In this document: positions 25,761 through 38,310 of the stretch, one piece after another
Layout: each line of letters starts with the position of its first letter
Position numbering within the stretch: position 1 is the stretch's first letter
Source: Vermamoeba vermiformis
Lineage: Eukaryota
Direction of reading: 5' to 3'
Assembly: GCA_045837725.1 (NCBI GenBank)
Contig: JBEWZL010000232.1
Location: 558,001 to 612,380 of the forward strand
Length of the DNA stretch: 54,380 nt
The notes under the pieces: model-generated
The model's input: only the letters and a program-made list of their open reading frames with translations
What the model was told of the DNA's origin: nothing
Database searches by the model: none
Made by a program: the position numbers and the translations under genes

Positions 25761-28700
25761 ATGTTCAAATCTAAAGCCAGCTCAGACCGTGTTGTTGCCA
25801 AAATCACTAGCCATTGTTCGCAATGTCCTTGCGAGTCCTTTGAAGCTAGTGCGGCACAACCCGAAATATGCAAATTATGTTCTCATGATCATGTAAGCTC
25901 AGCATAGTAAATTAAATTGTGAAATTCGTATTTAATAATTTGGCAATTGACGAATTAGTTTATCATTGATACATTGTTAATATGGCGATATTGTTGATAT
26001 TAATTAATAATTTTATTAGATTATGAGGGCTCGTTTGTCGGAAGAAAATTTGGATCAAGTTACCGATAGAAAGTCAAAGAGAAGATCTGTCTCCACTTCG
26101 ACCCCGAGTATGATAGCCACGTCTATGAAGAGAAAGAGTTGTACGGTCAATTACCACAATTTCATACGGGAAAAGCGGATTTATTAATTTTCATTCATTT
26201 AGCGGATGAGAGAAAAAAGAAACGCTCTAGTTCCAAAAAGAAGCCAAAAGATATTCCTGTAGAGCCCGTATTTGAGATTTCTAGGCCAACTGATACAGTG
26301 TATGTGAACCAACATCCGCGAACTCGTTGAGAAATTTAAAATTGTTCCTAAAAAATGCCTTACTATTTTTTGCAAATATATGGCCACAATTTTAACGCAA
26401 TTTTTCGTACAGGCACGTGTCACACGCGGGATGGGACGAATCCGGAGCCTTTTCGGTAAGTCTTTCTTCAATAAGCCCAACAATTTGCTAATATTATTAC
26501 AGGCTGTCAATTTGCCTCCAGAGTGGGCGAATTTGTTCAGTTCATTGGACGAGACGCTGAAACAATTAGGATACAACGGTTTGACTAAAAATGAAGCAAT
26601 TTACGTAAGTCTCCTTGATTCAATAGCACTATTAATGGATATTAATTAATAATACTGCTGATTTTGAAATCCGTAAAAATTCAAGTATTGCGTGGCATTT
26701 CCGTTGTTTTTCGATCGTTAATTACCGCTCGATCACTAGTTTGACTAATTCTCGTACAGTTGCTCAAGCTCGAAGCCGTGCAAGATCTCGTCAACGGAGT
26801 GGTCGCGCCCTCAGGAGCACTCTCACCCACTGGCGCGCTGTCACCGACTGCTGGGTCACCGCGCTATGGCATGTCAACGTCGACCCCGACAAAGCTGTCT
26901 GTCGGCGGAAGTTCACCTCCAGTACTCCGCGCATCAAATTCATCGCCTGGCATGAATTCAGGGCTGTTCAAGATCGATGAGAAACCTTCAGCGAATTCTC
27001 CGCTGCCTCTCCCAACTGGCCGTAACGAGGAGTTGGACGACACAGTGGGCATTGCCTCGTTGAGCACGGAGGCTATGAACGGCTTGAATACCAAGGTCGA
27101 GGGCAGACTGAAGTCGATGACGCAAGAGATCAGAATTTTGAACGATCGAATCCGCGCTTACGAGGCCGGATTTGAGAGTTTGAAAACTGAACGCGACTTG
27201 AACAAGATTCGTTTGATGCAAGAACAGAACTTGCGCTTGCAATTAGAGAAGCGAATACGGTATGTAATAGAGGCTGCTTAACAGTGTACTGTGCTAATCT
27301 CGTGGTGCTTCAGTGAGCTGGAAGTTGAAGTCGTCGCTCAGCCTGCGGCAACTGAAGGCAAGGTCAGCAAGAATGTCGAGTCCATGCAACAGAAATTCGA
27401 CAACGAGCTCAAGAATGGTACGTCCCTCTCGGTCTTGACCGCGTAAACTAACGCAATTGTTATTGCAGTTAAGGCACAGCTCCAAGCTGAAATTTCAGAG
27501 CTGAAAAAGCAGTTGATCGAGGAGTCCAAGTCAAAAGTCCTGCTGATGGAAGAGAACGAGAAACAGATGGCCGGCGAACGACAACGCAATGCAACACTGC
27601 AGCAGACCGTGATCAATCAGATGCGCGACATGCGGAACAATTATGAAAACGAGTTACGAACGCTTCGTGGCAACATTGACAACCTCGAGCGGGAAAACTC
27701 GGTGCTGGTCACGAAGTCTAAAGGCTTAGAAATTGAGATCAAGAAGCTGAAGAGCAACAATTTGACGTCCTCCAACGACAGCAATTCTGAAGGCGACAAA
27801 CAACAGTTTGAAATCGATTTGGAAAAGCTGAAAAAAGCTCTCGAAGCAGAAACTAAGGCCAAGCGTGACTTGGAGGCCAAGTTAGCGTAAGTCAACGTAT
27901 TTCCTTTTATAGTAATGACAATACTAACGCGTAAATATTGCAGTTCTGAGCTGGAAAAACAAGAAGAGACATACAAAAAGCAGCTCGAAGAGCTTGACGC
28001 GAAACATTCGGAGGAAATTTCGCGCGTGAAAAAACAACACAACGAAGCGTTAGAAAAGAGCCACAAGCAAGTGGAAGAAGAAAGAGCTAAAGTCGTCGTG
28101 TTGGAGGACGAGAAGCGAGGTCTGCATTTGGAAGTTGAGGCAATGCAACTCAAAGTCAATGAACTGCAAGAAGAGATTAAAAACAGCGACATTGAACGAG
28201 AGCGCGCTGAATTTAAGACCAAGTTAACAAATGTCAAGCAAAAGTACGTCCTAAAAATAGACCACTGAGTACCATACTAACCGCGTGACTAGGCTGAGTT
28301 CAGAGATCGATGACTTGACTAAGAAACTTACCAATGAAACGAGTGAGAAGCAGACACTCGAGGATGTCGTTGTTTCACTGAAAAATGAAGTGACAGTGCT
28401 GCGCGAACAGTTCGACGCGTAAGTGACACGCGACTTGTTTATTGCTTTTCCCACGTGACTAACTCTCCTTCACAGTGACTTGAAGCAGGCACGTGATCAA
28501 TTCGAGCAGCTCGATAAGGAGTGCGCCTTGTTGAAGCAACAGCTGGCAGGCAATGTCGAGCCAGGCATGCAAAGCAGCGGATCTACCAAGAACGTTTCAC
28601 CGCCACCTAAAGCACCGAGTGTAAGTGACCTCGGCATGCTTCGTAGCGCTAGTGGGTCGCGCAGTATGTCCGTGGTCCCCGAGAACTTGTTGGAGGCTAT

Positions 28701-29042
28701 TCGTAAAGGCCAACAGTTGCGTCACGTGGTACGTTTATTGGACCAGATTCGCGTGACTTTTTTGCTAATGACTCCTTGTTAGGCTTCCAAACAATCGATA
28801 AAGGCTTCTGGTGGCGCTCCTATTGCCGCTGACTCCAATGTCTTGACGAGTAAGTCATCTTAGATGAAACTACTCCCTGCAGATCTAACCGTTGCATTCA
28901 TTCAGTTTTGGCTCGTGCTTTGATCGATCGTCGTGAGAAACTAAAAGAAGAAGACGCCGAGAAGAATGGTCACGGCGCTGTTCCTCACAACAACTCTCGT
29001 CCTTCATTGCACATGAGTGGCACTCATGATGATTGGGCTTGA
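25761..29042 (+). CDS. Atypical WASP-family-like protein: Cys/His finger, basic region, CRIB/PBD, long coiled coil, WH2-C-A
   Basis: Exon 1 CSQCPCESF..ICKLCSHDH; spliced CRIB ISRPTDTVHVSHAGWD..NLPPEWANLF; heptad-rich exons 27090-28550; WH2 LLEAIRKGQQLRHV; C region LARALIDRR; ends HDDWA*. Confidence 0.78.
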
Positions 29043-29172
29043 ATTCGAGTAATGATGAATTCAATTTTGTAAATTTGTGCTTTTGTGTATTAATAAACTT
29101 ATACGCTACACCCTTAACATAAAGACCTTGGACTCTTATTACGGATCCAACGGCTGGTTTTATTATGCAGTT

Positions 29173-30890
29173 TCAGTTCAGTTCCAGAGCTTCAGGTGGG
29201 TATAAAAATTGCATTGGGATGTAGAATCGCTTTCGCCTGTAAAGAAGTGCGTTAGGAAAGTACGCTTTTGACGTCGAAGGCTTTTACCAGTAAGTTTCGC
29301 TGTGCATGCCACCGTGGTCAAGATAATACATCAAGTTGTCATTCAAAGTGAATCCTAGCTTCAAAAAGTGATCGCGTACTCGTTGGGTTTGCTGAAATAA
29401 GGGTTTAGATCGCGAAGCCAAAAAAAAAGCGATGATCTTTTTACTTACTGCTTCATCATCGTTATCAGTGCCCGAATCACCACTATCAATATAAATCTTG
29501 ACGTTATTGCTAGGCGTGGGATATTTGACGAGTATTTGATTGTTAAAATCTTCGCTGTTCCACCAAAACGAACTCGACATGCATCCACCTTTCGAATACA
29601 CTTTGCTTCGTGTCCAAACTATAACGCATTAATATAGACTTGGGTGAGATGATATATGTTACCTGCATAGCAGCTAATTAAACCTCCCAACGACGAGCCC
29701 AAAATGCCCAGATCATTTCGTACTCTCGTGTGCACTCTGAAATTTTTCTAACAATACAAACATTACAATAAAATACCATTATGACTCCTATACTATTATT
29801 TATAGGTTCGTACCTCGATGATGGGCAAGACGGTCGTTGCAATGAAATCCAAATACAGATCGCCCTTGCCTCCGCCAGGCACAGTGCTGTCGTAGCTGTA
29901 AGTCAGCTCGTCGATGCGATCAGGTGTATTATCCACTCCCACAATAATAATCTCGTCCATGGCGCCTTCAATCACCTGCACATCTACCGTCTCTTGACAC
30001 AACCACGAGTTACCGAGGAACGACGTCGAAACATTGAACTATTTACGTCGTTAATAAGCATCATATGTATATTGATGCTAGATTACGCACCAAATTTTGA
30101 CCATCGTGCATCACTAACACGTTTCGGATCGTCTACAAGAAAATCAGCAGCTGTTTTATTAGAGAAAAGTAATAAATGTGAGCTGAGTACCTTATACGGA
30201 TTTTCATAATACGAAGGAGGAGTGTATATAACAAGATCTCTATAATTTTTCAGCTGAGGCGAAAATACGTTGCGGATGTATTGATACCTAAATACATTTC
30301 AATTAATACGCGTAACATAATAAAAAAATATGCGACGTACTGTCCATTTGTCGAATAGAAGAACGGATAGGCAGTCACTTTAGTGTTATTCTTGCCGCTC
30401 AACTCGACAAATGCGTTGGCTCCAATCATCCATTGATTATCCGATAATAATGCCTTGAACTCAAGTCTGTATGGTCTTTAATATAGTCCTTATCGCGCAT
30501 AATTATATACTCACTGTTGGCCGATCATATTGGTTGTATAAGCGAAAGAATAAGTCCACAGATCGTTCGATTGTGAACTCATTTCAACGCCTGTGTCCCA
30601 ATTTAAAGGCGTTATAGAGCCTCTTAATGTCAATATTTCACCATTTGGGACCTGTTAATATAATTAATTAAATTATTTGGCAATTTAATTTTTTAATTGA
30701 TCTTGACATCCGTCGGCTAGCCAAGATTCTGCGCATTTTTGGGGATATTAAAATATTTATTATCACACAATACTGTGATTCATAAATAACTTACTGGATA
30801 TTGGCATTGAATAGTGAGTACTAGCTGAGTTCGGTAGATGTCGACGACACTCAATAAAAATACAATGATTAGCAATGGAGTCAGTTGCAT
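29173..30890 (-). CDS. Secreted IroE/Fes-type (esterase family) alpha/beta hydrolase with N-terminal CBM20-like domain; multi-exon
   Basis: Signal peptide; LRGSITPLNWDTG..LEFKAL; IYTPPSY, MHDGQN, GSSLGG nucleophile, SSSFWWN, IYIDSG and GGMHSE. Confidence 0.8.
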
Positions 30891-30977
30891 GGTGTTAAAC
30901 TCCGTGCGTGGTGGAAAACGACATTTTGCAGTAACTTTTTATTGCTGGAAACACACGCTGCTTTTAACGACGAAAGT

Positions 30978-31869
30978 TCAGAATGCCAGGGAAATTAAAG
31001 TCAATGCTGTGAATATTACGACAGGAACTCCACATCGCTCTGTTGCCGTGCCTGAAGTACTCGAGGGTTGATTATTACGCGAAGGACTGTTTGTGATAGG
31101 AGTAGCAGGAGCAGACGGAGTGAAATTTGGCGGATTAGCGGCGGGTGACCCGCTGAGCTCATTAAATAGCGTAGAAAGACTACAGCCAATTAATGTATTG
31201 CTACTATATCGATCATTTAGTGTTGTTAAGCAGATTCGGTCGCCAGATACCAGCTCTTCTCGGACAAGACTGTCGCACCAAGTCGTCGAATGGTAGTACT
31301 GGGTGAGTTGACCTGTAGTGCTGTTGCAAACAAAATCGAAGAATTCGGTGAACGAGCTGTTCGTGTTAAAGCACTCGTTGTCTTCATAGTAGATCATGAT
31401 CGAAGCGAAGTCAGGTCGGTTGCACTCGCCAGGTTGATCCCACACGACCTTGAGTAGGGCATTGGAAGGGATCAGATCTTCCGTGATTGGCTGACATGTG
31501 CGCAAAGTTGCTCCGCTATCGCATTGATTCAATGGGACTGATGAAGTCTCTATGCAATTTGAGCTGCATGTTGTGCCTGTACATGAGTTGACGACGTAAT
31601 GAGTTCCGTTACACCTATATTAATTTGGGCCGTGAGATCTTGTTGATCTAAACAAGAAAAACTTACTGGCGCAACTGACTATTCGCTCCAGAAGCAATAC
31701 ATCCAAGAGGAGTAAAAACACCATACGTGCCGACTGCTGCTTGTCCCGTGCAGTTGGATTCGCCCTCAAAGAATCGGGAAAAGAGAAAGTCATTTGTTGG
31801 CAAACAAACTGAGGGCGAAACGAGGCCGATCAGTACCAAAATTGTGGTTAACAATCCGTGTGTGTTCAT
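30978..31869 (-). CDS. Cys-rich secreted, probably GPI-anchored surface protein; 2 exons
   Basis: Signal peptide MNTHGLLTTILVLIGLVSPSVC, many Cys and N-glycosylation sequons, Ser/Pro/Thr stalk and hydrophobic C-terminus. Confidence 0.7.
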
Positions 31870-32125
31870 TTTCGAGGTTGAGAATAAGAAATAAAGTAAA
31901 ATTTCTTTTTTGATGTCGTCCCCAAAACCCCAAAATTTTCGCGACATTTTGGGGCGACAGCAAACACGAATTTGCGCAGTTTCGAAGTTTTGATGAATTA
32001 CAGTTACAAGCTTTGATTTAAGGAATCGCGGGTTTATGTACAATAAATACAGTGGTAATAATTACAAAATTGGTTCGAACGACAATAAATATAAACAATA
32101 TGTACAAGTGCACAGATGCGCACGC

Positions 32126-33049
32126 TCACATGAACTGTCGCATCGCAGTGGTTTCAGTTTGTAGACCAGGTCGAGTACCCAATCCTAAGCTCGCATCGAG
32201 CACACCTCCATGGAATATTCTGGCCCACTTTTCGGTGCACAGAGCGTAGATCGAGTCGGCAATTTCCTCAGGGTCCAATAGTCGCTGTTTTGGCATTGAG
32301 TTCATGAATGCAGTCGGATTAGAGCACTTTTCTAGCGTAGATTTTCGGAACATTTCGGTGTCAGTAGCACCAGGGGCGTAGCAGAAGACGTCGATGTTGG
32401 AGTGGATGTGCTCGGCGGCCAAGTGCTTGGAGAGGTAAGTCACAGCAGACTTGGACATGAGATCAGAGGCTCTGTATTCGGGGAACACTCCTGTGCTGCC
32501 GCCGACGGAGCCGAGGAAGAGGACAGTGGAGTAGCTACGTGAGCGAGTGTTGGTCGAGTTGATTGACTTAGTCAAGAGAGGCATGAGGCTCTCGGTGACC
32601 CAAAGCGGTCCTAGTGCATTGACCTTCATCAATGCCTCGTCTTCGAGGGCCTTCTTGCGCAGATCGGACAGCTCTTCAAATGTCTTGCTGTTCGCTGGTG
32701 CTTCGCGGTTGTATTTCTCTTGAATGTAGGGGATGACTGTTGCTGATCCCAAAGCTGCGTTATTAATGAGGACATCGACGGTTCTTCGGGTGTCGACTTC
32801 CAAAGGCAAATCCAGATTCAGCCAGTTCCGCACGAATTCAGTGAACGTTTCCACGCTTTCCAGGTTCCCTTGATCTAAAAAGCAGAAATCTACGTTTCTG
32901 TATTGTCTTTTGATTGAAGCAACGCTCTCTTCATTGCTGTAATATGTAGTAAGCACGCGATGTCCGGCGTTCGCGAATCTGCACACCAGAGCCTTGCCGA
33001 TACCACTGCTTCCGCCAGTGATGATAATATTAAGTGGATTGACGCTCAT
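32126..33049 (-). CDS. Short-chain dehydrogenase/reductase with atypical active site; intronless
   Basis: TGGSSGIG, VLINNAALG, VNALG and APGATDT. The YxxxK position reads DLMSK. Confidence 0.88.
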   Translation of the reverse strand: MSVNPLNIIITGGSSGIGKALVCRFANAGHRVLTTYYSNEESVASIKRQYRNVDFCFLDQGNLESVETFTEFVRNWLNLDLPLEVDTRRTVDVLINNAALGSATVIPYIQEKYNREAPANSKTFEELSDLRKKALEDEALMKVNALGPLWVTESLMPLLTKSINSTNTRSRSYSTVLFLGSVGGSTGVFPEYRASDLMSKSAVTYLSKHLAAEHIHSNIDVFCYAPGATDTEMFRKSTLEKCSNPTAFMNSMPKQRLLDPEEIADSIYALCTEKWARIFHGGVLDASLGLGTRPGLQTETTAMRQFM

Positions 33050-33747
33050 AGTTATTGACTAGTGGGTTCTAGAAGACCTGTGCGGAGGTTGGATTAGTCC
33101 GAGTTTGCAAACGGTCAAAAAAACGAAGTATACTGTAATGTAATTATAGTGGTTTTTAAGAGGGACTTGATGCCAATACGACGACGATTAATGTAAAACT
33201 AGCGCGTAAGATCAATATTTCCGCGCTTGAATTTCAAGTGGATGTTTCCTTTAATAATTGTTGCCACTAATAATATGACCTTACGCTATAGTACTAAATT
33301 TTTGATCAAAAGAGAAGATATTTTCGCTTTCGTGTCAAAATTAAATTTATTTGCGAATAGTCTGAATCGGCATTCCAATGGATAACATTGTAATAATAAA
33401 AAATATTTACCTGTTTGTTTGTTTTTTAGTCCAAGTACAGCGAGCTCAAACTAGATTCGCGGTTGACAGGATGCGTTTGATCTCTTATCGAAGTATTTTA
33501 CAATAAGCCAAATTTGTTCTGGTTTGGTTATTTGTACTCCGATAGTGTGGGCAACTGAAACCGAGAAGACAACAAGCAGAAATTTGTTGTGAAATTCAAG
33601 TGTTTTTGGTTTGTGAACCCAAATTTGGAAAAACACTCCAGTTTTCTCTCGTCTCTATTTCATCGTACCACGTTCCTTGTATTCTGTTATTCAGGCACAA
33701 TCATTAGCGAACAAGAATTCCAGCGAAGCAGATCGAGATCGAGCCAA

Positions 33748-35518
33748 ATGTCACGACAAGCACAATTTAACAAAACCATTGTTATCAATGTAGTAGGGCT
33801 GTCAAAGTAAGTAAAATTTCGACACTATTTTGTTTTGGCTTATTATTGCGGAGTGGTGGACCACGGACGCGGAAGATCACAATACTAAAATCTTTTTTTA
33901 AATTTTCACTTGAATATTGACGAGTGGTGCGCGACTTGTGGTAACTTACGGGTATTTTTTTCTTATTATTGCATTTTTTAGGGCATTAATTACAAAATCA
34001 ACCACGCCTTTCATTTACAAATGGTTAGAATCCGCAGCCCCGAATGTAGACGATCGTATTACGATTGTTGAAGGTGTTTTTCCTGCTGTAACTTGCGTAT
34101 CTCAAACAACGTACTTGACTGGCAAGCCCCCAAGCGAGCACGGTATCATTGCGAACGGATTCTACGACAAGGACTGCTGCGAAGTCCGCAACTGGCATCA
34201 ATCCGCGAAATTAATCAAGAGTGAGCGAATTTTTACGCTGCTTAAAGATATAGCACGCAAACAAAACGGAGGAAACGCTGACAATATGACGGTCTTCTCG
34301 AACTGCTGGTGGTTTCCAATGTACGATGAAGACATTGATTATTTGATCACACCTCGTCCTCAGTACCTACAAAACGGTGGCAAAGTCGCAGATATCTATA
34401 CTAAACCAGCTAGTAAGTTGCACGGGGCTAAAGTGACCGTCTTTAACGCACCATTTTAGGTCTTCGTGACTCGTTGCAAAAACAGCTTGGCACATTTCCT
34501 TTACACAAGTTTTGGGGACCGACAACGTCTATTGCTTCAACCAAATGGATTTCTGATGCATCGATTTCTGTGGACAAAGAGTTTAACCCAACACTGTCGC
34601 TGATATACCTGCCGCACTTGGACTATTGCTTGCAAAAATACGGTCCTTACGACACCTTAGTAGTGCCAGCTCACTTGAGGGAAGTCGATAAAGTCGTAGA
34701 AGAGCTTATCACTTACTATGAGACGAGCCATCCAAATGCCAAAATCATCATCCTGTCGGAGTACGGAATTTCACCAGTGGATAAAGTAGTTTATCCCAAC
34801 AAGATACTACGTGAAGCAGGCTACATTACAGTCCGACGAGAAAACTATGGCGAGACTCTCGACTGCGGCGCATCACTTGCCTTTGCAATGGCCGATCATC
34901 AAGTCGCGCACGTGTTCATTAAAGATAAGAAGCAAATTCCGCTCATCAAAGAACTGTTCCGCCAAGTCCCGAACATTGAGCACGTACTCGATGCTGCCGA
35001 ACAAGACAAATATTACAACAGCGGAAGTAGGTATCAGCTCTCAAATAATTGAATCAACATTAACGATTTCGGTAGATCCGGCACGTGCTGGTGGTGCATT
35101 CAATGCACAACGAAGTGGAGATTTGCTACTCGTGTCAGCACCGTCAGCGTGGTTCGCTTATTACTATTGGAAAGAAGAGTCACAAGCACCTGACTTTGCA
35201 CGATGCGTCGCCATTCATCGCAAGCCAGGCTATGATCCAGCGGAGATGTTTTTCCGTTACAAATCTACTTTCCTCGGCATGCTCTATTTGTTTTTCAAGA
35301 TATTCCTGGTGTACGTGCTGCACCTGCGATTGACAGTCGATGCTACGCCCCTGCACTGCGAAATGATACGCGGAAGTCACGGTGCATTGCCAAAGGATGA
35401 CATGTTTAAGCCTGTATATATTACGAAGAGCTCTAATGTTCCAAATAGAATTAGAGGAGAAAATGTACATAGTTTGTTGTTTAAAGCTGTTACTGTGCCT
35501 GACAGTATTAATAAATAG
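33748..35518 (+). CDS. eboF: EboF-like alkaline phosphatase / nucleotide pyrophosphatase family protein; 4 exons
   Basis: KTIVINVVGL, FPAVTCVSQTTYLTG..PSEHGIIANGFY, WWFPMY, TPRPQY, FPLHKFWGP, YLPHLDYCLQK, LSEYGI, ADHQVAHV, APDFAR.V.IHRKPGYDP and IRGSHG, collinear with bacterial EboF as recalled. Confidence 0.8.
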
Positions 35519-35600
35519 CCATCATGAAGCGCATCAAAAATAGAAAATTTGACATTTACAGCGTATGTACAATAAAATTTCATTCAGTTAATGTGCATCG

Positions 35601-36448
35601 TTATTTCTTTTGCTTGGGTGCAGTTTCATCGAGCACGTATTTGAAAGCTTGCCATACCTCGTAGTTTGCACGCTCGAGTGCCTTTAAAATGACCTCAGTT
35701 GGTACGTCAAACTCTTTGAAATGAAACACCGTCTTCAAATAGTCCGCTAAGAATGTTTGATCTTCGTTCTCCAACTCGAACAGCTCTTTTTCGTAACTGA
35801 TAAGCTGTCTAACGAAGCCTACAAGATATTAGCAACAATTGTCTATGGTTCAAATTGAAGCGCGTACCAAAGTTAGGTTGAATTATTCCGCGCCTTTTTC
35901 TGACGTATTCGTAGGCTTTTTGGAGGCGCAATTTATTTTCCTTCATGACGAAGCTAATAACGATGGTCGAGCTAAACAAGCCGTTAGTGACGAGTGTATA
36001 AAGGAGGACGCGTACCTTCGTGAGATTCCAGCGTCGCAATGAACTAAAAGATCCGGATCGGTAAAAAGGCGCAAGAAATTTAAGCACTTACCTAATGTTG
36101 CCGTTCCATTTCGTTTCGCGGATTCTGTAAATATACATTTTAATGACGATAATAGCAGGCTCGTAGTATTGTAAAATTCAAGAAAGACGAAATAAAAATA
36201 TTGATAAAACTCTAATAATTACCAATAAATGCGTGACAATCTTGAAAATGTCTCGAAATTGTTTCTGAGCCTGCGTCGTCAATTTGAATCAATTTATATT
36301 GAAACAAATCCGGAAAAGTTGGGATCGGATGTTGAGTCAAAGACAGGACGTGGCTAATTTTCCTCTTGAGAAGGCCATCTTTGTTTTCTGGTGCTACGCG
36401 GCTGCTCAGGTATAACACGCCGGGAATTATTTCTGATATGTCTTCCAT
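35601..36448 (-). CDS. Dual-specificity protein phosphatase; multi-exon
   Basis: SEIIPGVLYLSS, spliced catalytic motif VHCDAGISRS, and VRKRRGIIQPNFGF. Confidence 0.88.
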
Positions 36449-36519
36449 TGCTGTTGCTAGTTTCAAACAGGGAAATTTGGCAGTGAATTTTTCTTTTGGT
36501 TACGAAGCAGCACACGCTC

Positions 36520-37735
36520 ATGGATTGGATATTGCGATGCTGTGGAAAGAGTTCTTACGAAACACTAAAAGATGAAGACGATGCCGCCATCACGCGCCCA
36601 ACGAACGTTTCCTCACCAGCAGGCGCTACATCTGCGGGGCAAAGAGCAACAATGCCTGAATTAGCTATAGATAATGCGTGGAAAAAGGACTTAGAGAATA
36701 TTATTAACCGACCCTCCCAGCAACTACCTATCCATATCGATCTTGGTCGGTTAATTACAAAGATCGTGATCTACAATTTACCCAACGAACCCGTGTTTCA
36801 ATATCAAGCCCCCGACGAAGATGACCCTAATAATTTACAATCGAATATTATTCGGTTTTTGCGTAAGTTAGTTAGGAGGACAATTTAAATTTATGCAACG
36901 GCTAAATGCCTGCCCTCGAAGGAAATTCGAGCCATTTAAAAGTGATATTCTGGTAAATTATTTTACTGAATTTATATTTTTTCAGAGACGATGGCTCTTG
37001 CTTTAGTTGACCAGGAAGCATCTCGAGTTTTAGACTATGCAGCGCGCAATAATCCGCCCATAAAAGGTATTATATTACGAATATTATTTCATTAACTTGG
37101 ACATTACTTAATAAGCAAAATCACCTCTCCGTGCACGGTGACGATCTAACTAATTATCCCGCTTTTTCCTCAGACGACTCAGAAATAGCCGACGTTATTA
37201 CCAAAATATTAGAACAAATAAATAGCACGAGCGCAGTCCCGGATTCATCGCCATTAATACGGGTGCTCAAATGCGTCAATCAGAAGGTTATGTTTCCGCC
37301 TTTCCACTGCATCAAACAACTGCTCAAGCTGTGAGTGTTGCGCAACTATTTGCTGAGTGTACGTGTATTAATATACTATTCAGAGATCGTCTAAAAGATG
37401 TCGCGGGCAGTTGGAAGATAGCAATACAATTTGGGCGAGATGTGGTTCGGTACGTCGCGGAGAATACCGTCAATGCCGCATCGTTCTTGCTAATATATAT
37501 GTTCATTAGGATCGTGCACAGCAAGCTCCAAGACATTCCGGACCCAGAGGACATAAGCACATTCTTGGGTCGCTTCCAGTGGCACTTGGTGTTTGAATTG
37601 AGCACTGCGACGCAAGCCTTGACCAATATTGAACTAGTGGTGGACGAGGTGACCATGTACGAGACTGATCAAGTCGAAATCAGTCAGCGGTTGCAGTACT
37701 GTTTGCAAGCCTTGGGACCCAAGCACCGGCTGTAA
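36520..37735 (+). CDS. Hypothetical protein with N-terminal di-Cys (possible palmitoylation); C-terminus recalls an amoebozoan domain (GlfB-C-like)
   Basis: MDWILRCCGK start; spliced exons with KCVNQKVMFPP, LKDVAGSWKIAIQF and FQWHLVFEL. The family match is from memory only. Confidence 0.55.
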
Positions 37736-38247
37736 TTCAGCTAGTACTACAGTAGTTCTGTTTCGCATCACACGAGTGGGTCGAGTAAGTAGCTGCTGGG
37801 CGAGCATGTTGGATTTTGCTTTTATGTATCGTCGTGTGATTGGTTTGCTGGCAACAACTTTGATGGGCGACTAACCTTCAGAGAAAAAATAGAAATGGAT
37901 ATTGAAAATGTTTGCGCAAATAAATAATTGTAAATACGGTCTCTTACTGTACGCAGCCATTTTTGTTCGTCACTGGTTCTGTTGTTTGGCCTGGTGATCA
38001 TTTAATTTGCAAATTACCACTAACACAAACCCTATTATTCGGCCTTCGCTGCCAAGTTTGTTGGTAATTTCCCTAGACAATCAGTGCTACCGCAACCAGC
38101 TGGACCGTGCTAACTTATACTATGTTGAGATCACCGTAAGCTAATTAATTTTTTGTATGCAGTCATTCAATTTCCAGCAATGCACAATTGATTACTCTTA
38201 AGAGTATTTTTTTTTGATGCGCATCTAAATTTTGCAAAATTAATTAC

Positions 38248-38310
38248 CAATGATTTATTTTAAGCATGAATTAACTCTTGGGATACCAATTTTTTTAAAA
38301 TAAATCATTG
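38248..38310. repeat. 16-bp perfect inverted repeat with 31-nt spacer
   Basis: caatgatttattttaa (38248-38263) and ttaaaataaatcattg (38295-38310). Confidence 0.8.

Noticed and set aside
27641-28237. Long antisense ORFs (also 51351-51680, 49003-49554, 10753-11049)
   Set aside because: They are shadows of real plus-strand exons with biased codon content.
7017-35518. A single ebo-like biosynthetic cluster (UbiA enzyme plus EboF)
   Set aside because: The genes are about 24 kb apart with many unrelated genes between; the UbiA domain looks MenA-like rather than EboC-like; no eboA, B, D or E was seen.
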